A DNA stretch of 64,000 nt from an uncultured virus (IMG/VR IMGVR_UViG_3300029916_000002). Its lineage: Duplodnaviria > Heunggongvirae > Uroviricota > Caudoviricetes. The notes below the pieces were generated by a model, which worked only from the letters and a program-made list of their open reading frames with translations, was not told where the DNA came from and searched no databases. The stretch is from the IMG/VR virus record IMGVR_UViG_3300029916_000002. One strand, given 5' to 3'. Positions within the stretch are counted from its first letter, which is position 1. Each line of letters begins with the position of its first letter. Of the stretch, positions 57,023 to 64,000 are shown piece by piece. The position numbers and the translations under genes are program-made.

Positions 57023-57064
57023 ATATAGTAGTCAGTCATCCATGGTAGTTTATTGAAACACTTT

Positions 57065-57089
57065 AGCCGCAACTATTTGCGGCTTTTTT
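57065..57089 (+). terminator. Rho-independent terminator of the replication operon
   Basis: AGCCGCAA-ctat-TTGCGGCT followed by TTTTT. Confidence 0.85.
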
Positions 57090-57303
57090 ATCACCGAAAT
57101 AAAATGTAAGAGAATGTAAGTACGCCGACAGGCATCCACAGAAAAGTTTAGATTATTAAAATAAAGTTGAAACTATGGCCGCGAATTTGAATATATCAAA
57201 TGATGCAGAAAGGTTAAATAATTCTTAACATATTGGCAATAGTTGTAAGATTATGTAAGCGTTGTCGAATGTCAACGGAAAATCGGCATCTTCTCGCGAG
57301 TCT

Positions 57304-57612
57304 TCACGGGAAGATAAAACCCGGTGATAAAACCAATGGTGCTGTAAGTCATTGAAATTAAGGTGCGAGACTTTCGAAAAGTGGTAACTTTAACACTCTT
57401 CGGCAAAATGATAAAAATTTAAGACTATACGAGAGAATTACACGTTGAATATATATTCAGCCTTTGTATCCCTGTTTAATAGTATATTCTTATATATCTC
57501 ATGGTAAGCATGGTAAAGTAACCTATATATAATAATACGTCTTAATATTTTCAATCACTTACGAAACTTTCATATCTTCATATCACGTGATTTTCTTGAT
57601 GATTGTTCCCGT
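57304..57612. repeat. Non-coding AT-rich element, copy 2; putative replication origin
   Basis: ACGGGAA...TTCCCGT terminal IR; inverted GTAAGTCATTGAAA / TTTCAATCACTTAC IHF-like sites; colinear with 11699-11976. Confidence 0.65.
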
Positions 57613-57646
57613 TAAGGTTACCTATCTATATGATTTTAATAACAAA

Positions 57647-57759
57647 TCGCGGCAATTTCTAGCCTCACGTCGCAATTATCACAAGTCGCGGCAATATTCA
57701 AGGACTATTTTTAAGGACTAGGATTTTGCATTGCTATCGCGGCAATAAAATTTTATTAT
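57647..57759 (+). promoter_or_regulatory. Three TCGCGGCAAT direct repeats and promoter of putative terS
   Basis: Repeats at 57647, 57686 and 57737; TTGCTA-N17-TATTAT at 57731-57759. Confidence 0.65.
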
Positions 57760-57789
57760 GGAGTTAATATTTATTAAGGACTTTTTATC

Positions 57790-58332
57790 ATGGCTTACGA
57801 CGACAGCGAAAATATGCAATTGGAGGTTGAGGAATTCTCAAAAGTTGAGTATGCGCTGATGAATCGAGCCTCTTTTGATTTATATATCGAACGTAAAATA
57901 AAAGGCACAGCCTCGGTCATTGCGTTAATGACGGCGTTCGGTTATGAGTACGCGAAGGATTTATATGTTACGCATCGAATTTATATGCTCGAAAGTAATC
58001 CGTATTATCTCGAACGATTTGACGCGCGGCTAGCTGAACTAAAATTAGCGAAAGTTTGGAATCCGGCGATGTCCGCTTATTCGCTAATTTCGTTGGTCAA
58101 GGCGGATACGACAAAAGACACGGTAAAATTAAGCGCGATAAAAGAACTGAATGTTATTTTTGGTATCACGACAGTCGACGATGCAGGCCGATCGCGAGCT
58201 GTACGAAAATTGGACGATTTTTACGCGGATCAGGTTCAGCAGGAAGACGAAACGACGACAGCGGAGGAAGAAGAGGCGGAAAAGGCCAAAAATCCTCAAC
58301 CAGAAGGCCAAGGCGACGTGCAAGAGGGGTAA
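57790..58332 (+). CDS. Probable terminase small subunit
   Basis: Helical 180-aa protein with VKLSAIKELN motif, upstream of and co-oriented with terL. Confidence 0.55.
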   Translation: MAYDDSENMQLEVEEFSKVEYALMNRASFDLYIERKIKGTASVIALMTAFGYEYAKDLYVTHRIYMLESNPYYLERFDARLAELKLAKVWNPAMSAYSLISLVKADTTKDTVKLSAIKELNVIFGITTVDDAGRSRAVRKLDDFYADQVQQEDETTTAEEEEAEKAKNPQPEGQGDVQEG

Positions 58333-58362
58333 GCCATACGATTGCATTACCCTATCAACTAA

Positions 58363-58390
58363 AAAGCCCTAGCGTCGATTCTAGGGCTTT
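58363..58390. terminator. Bidirectional terminator
   Basis: AAAGCCCTAG-N8-CTAGGGCTTT between convergent genes. Confidence 0.8.
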
Positions 58391-58410
58391 GTCATTTTGG
58401 ATTGAAATCT

Positions 58411-58797
58411 TCATCCTGGGTAGGTCAAATGATTGGCGCGGCAAAGACGATAGAAATTAATTTTTTCTCTTTTTGCTCGTTCTTTAAATTCATTGCGAGC
58501 GCATAGCCATGTTAATAATCGTTGCCGTTTTAAATAGCGACTTTCTTCCGTTTCAAATCCTTTTAATTCTTCTCCCAATAACAAACCGTTAGGAATTCCG
58601 GTTGCTTTTGCAATCATATCGATTGACCATTGCATAATTTCATTAAACGACTTGCTTGAATCGTCATTTAATAATTCATTAAACCACATGTCTATTTGTG
58701 TATTCTTTTTAATTTTCTTTTTTTGTTGCAGATGATTCATAATGGTAGGCACAATTGACTTGCCAATCTGCCTACCATTCCTGCCGTATATTATCAT
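58411..58797 (-). CDS. Hypothetical protein
   Basis: ATGA-coupled; IAKATGIP..LLG. Confidence 0.6.
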   Translation of the reverse strand: MIIYGRNGRQIGKSIVPTIMNHLQQKKKIKKNTQIDMWFNELLNDDSSKSFNEIMQWSIDMIAKATGIPNGLLLGEELKGFETEESRYLKRQRLLTWLCARNEFKERAKREKINFYRLCRANHLTYPG

Positions 58798-59255
58798 TTA
58801 ATAATCACCCTGGTATCATTCGTTCTGGCTGCGTTTTTATTGTTGAGATAAATTTTGCCCAGATATTTAAGTCCTGCGTCTGACCAATCCAGGGAGTCGA
58901 GCGCCTGCCGGTGGCCGTCTGAGATATCGATAGCGTAGGCATTACGGTCAGCGTGCCAACATAGGCGCTCTACGACCCTGCCATCCAGGGTAATGACGTC
59001 CGCCTCGCCTATGTCCTCGCCTGAGCATTGTCCGGCGTAGTTCGTGAGTATGAGGGTCAATGCCGGGGTGACTATCTCGACGCCCATGGTTCCCTGCATC
59101 GATAAAATGGATTGTTCGGTCGCCGACTGGCCAGGATTTGACCGGTCCATCGTGGTTGATTGAAAAGTAGCCGAAACAGCATAATCTGCTGTTAATGCCG
59201 ATGTTAGGATAATCACAGCAGATGTTAGAAATTTAACTTTGGTCTTAATGTTCAT
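58794..59255 (-). CDS. Exported protein with signal peptide; GC-rich body
   Basis: Start moved to (MT)MNIKTKVKFLTSAVIILTSALTADYAVSA after AAGGA. Confidence 0.7.
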   Translation of the reverse strand: MNIKTKVKFLTSAVIILTSALTADYAVSATFQSTTMDRSNPGQSATEQSILSMQGTMGVEIVTPALTLILTNYAGQCSGEDIGEADVITLDGRVVERLCWHADRNAYAIDISDGHRQALDSLDWSDAGLKYLGKIYLNNKNAARTNDTRVIIK

Positions 59256-59304
59256 TGTCATATCCTTAAAATTTATTGTCGTCATCGTTATTAACGAATT
59301 TACT

Positions 59305-59574
59305 CTATGCCCAGGGTTCCTTGTCGTCATCGACAATAACGCTACCATTTCTTTCTTTTGGAACAATATGAATCGAACGGATGTCGAGTAAATATTGTCC
59401 ACGTCCATTGAGTTGTTCTCCCTGGTCATCATAGAAACGGTTAGAATCATCGCGCCACAACGCACAAAGAAAATCAGATGACGGATTGATATTTGCTGAA
59501 AATTGTAATAGTTTAACTTCTTCAAAATTGAATCCATCGACCGTAACATTACCAGTATGAGTAAATTTTATCAT
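59305..59574 (-). CDS. Hypothetical protein
   Basis: GAGG RBS, ATGA-coupled. Confidence 0.65.
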   Translation of the reverse strand: MIKFTHTGNVTVDGFNFEEVKLLQFSANINPSSDFLCALWRDDSNRFYDDQGEQLNGRGQYLLDIRSIHIVPKERNGSVIVDDDKEPWA

Positions 59575-59921
59575 TTGACTACCTCGAATTTGTATATTTT
59601 TTGCTGATAAACATATGTCTTTTTGCCGACCAGTTTTAATGCTGTCCGAAATCTGGAATGTTTATGCATCGGGAGATTGTAGAATTTAAACGCAACAGCG
59701 ACGGATTTAAATTCAGTCACTTTGCCGTTAAATTCTACCGTAACGTGATTACGCAAGGTTCTTTTGCGAAAAATTTCTACATCGTCCCACGTCTTTTTGA
59801 TGTGCGCAGAAAGTTTAGCGTTTTTTGTGTCTTTAATGGATTGAATGGCTGCATTCAACTCCAACTCTTGCATTAGTTCGTCATGTGTCAACTCAATCAT
59901 TGTGTCATTTTCCATCGTCAT
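59571..59921 (-). CDS. Basic, possibly DNA-binding protein
   Basis: V.....EFKSV..AF....LP..KH.RFR.ALK; first gene after a double-operator promoter. Confidence 0.65.
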   Translation of the reverse strand: MTMENDTMIELTHDELMQELELNAAIQSIKDTKNAKLSAHIKKTWDDVEIFRKRTLRNHVTVEFNGKVTEFKSVAVAFKFYNLPMHKHSRFRTALKLVGKKTYVYQQKIYKFEVVK

Positions 59922-59948
59922 CGCCTTGAATCTACATCGTTAAAACGT

Positions 59949-59985
59949 CAATGAACATTATCAGTCATTCAGCCAATGAACGCAA
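59949..59985 (-). promoter_or_regulatory. Sigma70 promoter with two direct operator copies
   Basis: TTGCGT-N17-GATAAT on minus strand; CAATGAAC 59949-59956, GCCAATGAAC 59972-59981. Confidence 0.7.
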
Positions 59986-60046
59986 GCCCTTTCGATACTT
60001 AAGCAAAAGTGATATATTACGTACATGATAATAAGAGGACATTCAA

Positions 60047-61450
60047 ATGTTTCAGCTTAATCCTTTCTTGCGACGCTTTTGGTCTAGGCCATCGGACGTT
60101 AAAGTTTTGCACGGCGGACGGGCAAGCTCAAAAAGCCATGATGCAGCGGGCCATGCTATTTTTTTAGCGCAAGAATACACGTTGAAATTTCTTTGCGCAC
60201 GTCAATTTCAAAATAGAATTAGTGAATCAGTTTATACGCTATTATGCGATAAAATAGAAGCGTCCGGGTTTAAAAATGAATTTGTCATAACCAATAATTC
60301 GATTAAACATAAATACACTGGCTCAGAATTTATATTCTATGGCATTGCACGAAATCTCTCGGAAATAAAATCTGCCGAAGGTATAGATATTCTTTGGCTC
60401 GAAGAAGCGCAATATTTAACTGAAAAACAATGGCTTACGCTTGAACCGACTATCCGCGCCAATAACTCCGAAATATGGATCATCTTCAACCCTGAATTAA
60501 TTACCGACTTTGCTTATCAGCGGTTCGTCGTTAATCCATTACCCAATTCAATCGTCCAGCGAATAAATTATGATAAAAATCCTTTCTTGTCGAAGAAAAT
60601 GATCCGCGTAATTGAAATGATGTACAAAGAAAATAAAGAATTGGCAGATCATATTTATGGTGGAGAACCATTAACTGGAGCTGATAAATCCGTCATTAAT
60701 CTTAAATACGTCCTGGCGGCAAAAGATGCCCACCTTAAAGCTCCGGCGATCCTCGGAGTCGATTGGCCGGTACGTGGTATTCGTCGGACGGGTTATGATG
60801 TGGCCGACGATGGCGATGATCTAAACGCTATGGTAGATTTTATCGACAATATCATTAGCCACGTTGAAGAATGGCATGGTTTAGAAGATGAATTGAACAA
60901 ATCGGCGCACCGCGTTTACAATCATGCGAGGATAATGAACACTAGCGTAACATTTGACGCGACGGGCGTTGGTCGTGGTGCTGGCGCAAACTTTAAAGAT
61001 TTTAATGCTGAAAATAAAAAGAATAATATACCATTCCGATTAATTTATGATGCTTTCAATGCAGGCGGCGGAGTAAAAGATCCTGATGATCCGTTTATGA
61101 AACTGGCGCACTTAATCATTACTAACCATGATTACTTTGCGAATATCAAAGGCCAAGGCTGGGTAGAAGTCGCTGAACGCTTTAGAAAGACCTATGAAGT
61201 CGTTGAACTTGGCATTAAACATCCAATAGATCAACTCATTTCTATTGACACGTCGAAAGTAAAAGAACCATATTTAACGAAAATGTGCTTTGAATTGTCG
61301 ACTCCTTATAAAGACCTTGATAATAATGGTCGATTCTTAGTAGAAACTAAAAAGGATCTGAAAAAACGCGACATCAAATCACCAAATATTGCCGACGCCG
61401 CGATTATGGCTGTAATGAAACCGAATAGAGAACCGGGGAGATTTTTTTAA
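60047..61450 (+). CDS. terL: Terminase large subunit (PBSX-like)
   Basis: HGGRASSKS, ARQFQNRISESV, WLEEA, WIIFNP, GYDVADDGDD and KSPNIADA. Confidence 0.95.
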   Translation: MFQLNPFLRRFWSRPSDVKVLHGGRASSKSHDAAGHAIFLAQEYTLKFLCARQFQNRISESVYTLLCDKIEASGFKNEFVITNNSIKHKYTGSEFIFYGIARNLSEIKSAEGIDILWLEEAQYLTEKQWLTLEPTIRANNSEIWIIFNPELITDFAYQRFVVNPLPNSIVQRINYDKNPFLSKKMIRVIEMMYKENKELADHIYGGEPLTGADKSVINLKYVLAAKDAHLKAPAILGVDWPVRGIRRTGYDVADDGDDLNAMVDFIDNIISHVEEWHGLEDELNKSAHRVYNHARIMNTSVTFDATGVGRGAGANFKDFNAENKKNNIPFRLIYDAFNAGGGVKDPDDPFMKLAHLIITNHDYFANIKGQGWVEVAERFRKTYEVVELGIKHPIDQLISIDTSKVKEPYLTKMCFELSTPYKDLDNNGRFLVETKKDLKKRDIKSPNIADAAIMAVMKPNREPGRFF

Positions 61451-61453
61451 TTC

Positions 61454-61858
61454 TCAACCGAATTTCATTTGAAAATCGGGCGATGATAATATATTGTCAC
61501 GCCCGATTTTATCACAATAGTCGATAATATTTTTGCAATATATAAAATCTATGGCACCGTGCCATCTTATATAACGACTTGCCATGTCAGCCATGCGTTT
61601 ATTTTTAGCATAATAGGCATCGAAAGCTTTTTCTTTTGTATCGTAATAACGAGTTGTCTTTGCATTCTTTTTACAACCAATAGTATAATATTCTAGATCG
61701 TCTCTAGTATATATTTTCATTGGCCCATTTTTATCTAAATGATTTTTATACCAGTGGTCAGGTACGGAAAAATAATAATATTTTGTTTCCCTTATGACAA
61801 TATTAATCAATAGATAAAGTTTATTCGACCCGAATTTATAAGCGTAAAGTTGTTTCAT
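61454..61858 (-). CDS. Hypothetical protein
   Basis: 134 aa, convergent on terL. Confidence 0.65.
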   Translation of the reverse strand: MKQLYAYKFGSNKLYLLINIVIRETKYYYFSVPDHWYKNHLDKNGPMKIYTRDDLEYYTIGCKKNAKTTRYYDTKEKAFDAYYAKNKRMADMASRYIRWHGAIDFIYCKNIIDYCDKIGRDNILSSPDFQMKFG

Positions 61859-61864
61859 AATAGT

Positions 61865-62254
61865 TTACTCGAAATATTGATAACGTTTTTTATCATCAGT
61901 CCAGCAATCATGACACAATACGCGCGACTGATTGCCATAAAATACATTATCGCATCCAGGAAATCGGCAAACGTGACGCTTTTGCACGGTATCTTTTATA
62001 TAGTCCCATGAATTTGTGGTCGGAATTTCATTGATATTCTTTTCAAGCCGATCGAAATTAATGATAGAAAACTTTTTGTTGTAATATCTAGTCGCCATGA
62101 AACAACCATTAATAATACAATGGCGATGCGCTTCGGTATCGGACAAACAATTTAACAATGTGGCGCGGCCAATACCTAACTCATTAGCCAAACGAGTTTT
62201 AGAGATTTTATAAACTTTCAAAATTTCCGGTATTGTCATGACGTTTACTTGCAT
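61865..62254 (-). CDS. NinH-like HTH protein with C-terminal Cys4 zinc finger
   Basis: V.TIP..L......T.LA..L.I.R.T......D.....HCIING.FM resembles lambda NinH; CRFPGC...CHDC tail; start MQVNV after GAGG. Confidence 0.7.
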   Translation of the reverse strand: MQVNVMTIPEILKVYKISKTRLANELGIGRATLLNCLSDTEAHRHCIINGCFMATRYYNKKFSIINFDRLEKNINEIPTTNSWDYIKDTVQKRHVCRFPGCDNVFYGNQSRVLCHDCWTDDKKRYQYFE

Positions 62255-62496
62255 AATGTCCTCGTCATGTAGCAAATAGAAATAATCCAGGTAAGAATGC
62301 CAAATGCATTTGCAATAAAATAATTAGATAAAGATAAAACAAATCCGAAGGCGAGCAATGCGACTATGCGCCACCACTCTTCTTCAGTATATTTTTTCTT
62401 ATTGGTTGGAAATTGCCAGGATACATAAGACAATATGGCAATGATGACAATTTCAATAATATCAACTGTCGGGATAAAGGCGCTTTGAAAACTCAT
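62245..62496 (-). CDS. Small multi-TM membrane protein
   Basis: Two to three hydrophobic segments. Confidence 0.65.
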   Translation of the reverse strand: MSFQSAFIPTVDIIEIVIIAILSYVSWQFPTNKKKYTEEEWWRIVALLAFGFVLSLSNYFIANAFGILTWIISICYMTRTLCK

Positions 62497-63056
62497 TATT
62501 TATTTTCCCGTTGAGATTTGAAAAATGCTAATGTTAAATCTCTGTCAATTTCTTCAGTTGGCATTCGTTTAATATCTGAATCTTTCATAGAAAACTTATG
62601 AAGATTAGCTTCCGAAGCCTTGATCCATGCTAAGGATTCAAAATCGTACTGTAATAAACCCGAAATTTTGTCATATTTAAAAATAAACGGAACGTTGGGG
62701 TATGTATATGAATAATAATGCGTGGCTTCTTTCATGCCGTCATTAAGTTTCCGATATTCTATTTTCTTTTCTAATAACTTGGCATACAACAAACTATATT
62801 TCATACCTATCGACATTCCATTGTCAATATAATAAATAACTTTATCGGCGGATTTCATCCATGTTAACCCGGCTTCTATTCCCTTGTCGCGTTCTGCTTG
62901 ATTAAAATCATCAAGGATACCGGGTTGAGTATAAAGAAGATGCGATGCAAGCGGCGCTTCACCTTTATCTAATGAATCTTTAACGCATAATCTTGCATAT
63001 TCAAGATTATCCCGAACTTCTCCAGCATAGGGAGATTCGATAATAACTTTAATCAT
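62496..63056 (-). CDS. Nucleoside-deoxyribosyltransferase-fold-like domain plus C-terminal extension
   Basis: VIIESPYAG, GEAPLASHLLY.Q, ER..GI..G and D.G.S.GM motifs. Confidence 0.6.
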   Translation of the reverse strand: MIKVIIESPYAGEVRDNLEYARLCVKDSLDKGEAPLASHLLYTQPGILDDFNQAERDKGIEAGLTWMKSADKVIYYIDNGMSIGMKYSLLYAKLLEKKIEYRKLNDGMKEATHYYSYTYPNVPFIFKYDKISGLLQYDFESLAWIKASEANLHKFSMKDSDIKRMPTEEIDRDLTLAFFKSQRENK

Positions 63057-63058
63057 TA

Positions 63059-63442
63059 TTATTCCTTATTTTGCGCGTCAAGTTTGCGTAATATAACTTC
63101 AGCCTTTCTAGCGCTTTCATTAAACTTAATGGATAATTTAATTAAATCATCTTTCAAATTGGTGCTGTCTTCCGCAACCTGTTTAACTTCTTTGGAGACC
63201 AGATCAAATGCTATCAGATAACAAGTGTTCATAATTTGATTTTCGTCATGAATCATGAGTTTTAATTTTTCTTTTAAGTCACGGTTTTCTTTTTGCAAAA
63301 ACAAAATTAGATCACCTTGCATCACATTGCTAAGGCGCAAATATTCCAACTCACTTCGCATGGTCATAGTCATTGGCGGAGCGGGCGGGATCTCACCTTG
63401 ATATCCCTCTTTTGGCGGCGGAGCATTACGATGATTAATCAT
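63059..63442 (-). CDS. Hypothetical coiled-coil protein
   Basis: ATGA-coupled. Confidence 0.6.
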   Translation of the reverse strand: MINHRNAPPPKEGYQGEIPPAPPMTMTMRSELEYLRLSNVMQGDLILFLQKENRDLKEKLKLMIHDENQIMNTCYLIAFDLVSKEVKQVAEDSTNLKDDLIKLSIKFNESARKAEVILRKLDAQNKE

Positions 63443-63741
63443 TTATATTTTTCCTTATTGCAATGATCATATGCAGTCATAGCGTAACAAAGTATTTCGC
63501 TCAATTCGTTAACATTATTCAACTGTCCAGTTTTCCCCATCTTTTTATCACGTAATTTATTAATCATATGGATAGTTTCACGAATGATAGTCCCATAATC
63601 CGATAATTTACATTCTAATTTATCCTCAAGATTTATTTTCTTTTCTGCGTTAGTAAAATAATATTTATTGCCTTTATAAAACGCGTATCCTTCGTCATCT
63701 TCAGCATCAAAAACAATTAATTCAAAATCGTTATTTTTCAT
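63439..63741 (-). CDS. Hypothetical protein
   Basis: AAGGA RBS. Confidence 0.6.
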   Translation of the reverse strand: MKNNDFELIVFDAEDDEGYAFYKGNKYYFTNAEKKINLEDKLECKLSDYGTIIRETIHMINKLRDKKMGKTGQLNNVNELSEILCYAMTAYDHCNKEKYK

Positions 63742-64000
63742 TTTGATCTTCCTTAATGACTCCTAATATAAGATCTAATTCTTCCTTAAGAATCTTTTGA
63801 AGTTCAGTATATGTAATTTCGTAAGTCTTTTCGTATGGAACAGTAACACCGTTAAGTTCTGCATTTACAACTTTATGAATGATGCGATTGATAATTGTAT
63901 CCTCATAAACTTTCAATTGCCCATTGAAAAATTCTACTAGAGTATTTTTATCATTTTCAGTTTTTGGATGAAGTTCAAAAGTAAAACCTAATGAAGACAA
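63731..64000 (-). CDS. Hypothetical protein, probably 5'-truncated by the window edge
   Basis: Open to the end of the window. Confidence 0.55.
   Translation of the reverse strand: MSSLGFTFELHPKTENDKNTLVEFFNGQLKVYEDTIINRIIHKVVNAELNGVTVPYEKTYEITYTELQKILKEELDLILGVIKEDQNEK

Larger units (their letters stand above)
1..64000. mobile_element. Tailed dsDNA bacteriophage genome (myovirus, PB1/Lindbergviridae-like organisation), near-complete, both ends truncated
   Basis: Terminase, portal, capsid, sheath/tube, baseplate, GH19 endolysin, DnaE, SNF2 helicase, ligase and VirE helicase present; no host housekeeping genes or integrase seen. Confidence 0.95.

Noticed and set aside
59262..59549. N-terminal extension of ORF 58794..59549
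   Set aside because: Overlaps 59305..59574 in another frame; the RBS and signal peptide indicate a start at 59255 or 59261.
1..64000. tRNA genes, integrase/att sites, alternative genetic code
   Set aside because: No cloverleaf or recombinase motifs were recognised by eye (tRNAscan-SE/ARAGORN would confirm); core genes are intact under the standard code, with TAA, TGA and TAG all used as stops.

Overview
The whole window is most of the genome of an AT-rich, contractile-tailed dsDNA phage. Its gene content and order resemble PB1/E217/BcepF1-like myoviruses; this is from recall, not a database search. Both edges cut through minus-strand small early genes, so the genome is incomplete or permuted here. 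I see no integrase, CI-type repressor cassette, tRNA or CRISPR array, so it is probably lytic. Layout: (1) 1-8057 and 61454-64000, minus-strand small early genes including an RtcB RNA ligase and a NinH-like HTH protein; (2) 8280-36949, plus-strand morphogenesis: portal with a C-terminal pyrophosphatase-like domain, MuF protein, DUF2213 protease/scaffold, capsid, neck, an inserted accessory-fibre module, sheath, tube, SLT tape measure, baseplate, tail fibre and GH19 endolysin; (3) 36972-42624, minus strand: DNA ligase, MazG-like protein, holin-like protein, RepB-like primase; (4) 42785-57022, plus-strand replication genes: RecD/Dda helicase, DEDDh exonuclease, DnaE, nuclease, SNF2 helicase, SSB-like protein, Dam-like MTase, VirE helicase; (5) putative terS and terL separated by minus-strand genes. 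The most notable signals read directly from the sequence are: a genome-wide operator-like motif GCCAATGAAC inside sigma70-type promoters, four times as an inverted pair; a duplicated ~280-310 bp non-coding element with inverted IHF-like sites (ori-like); rtcB flanked by three small paralogues; and two paralogous neck-region fibres with 2 versus 9 repeats. All functional calls come from motif recognition and synteny only.
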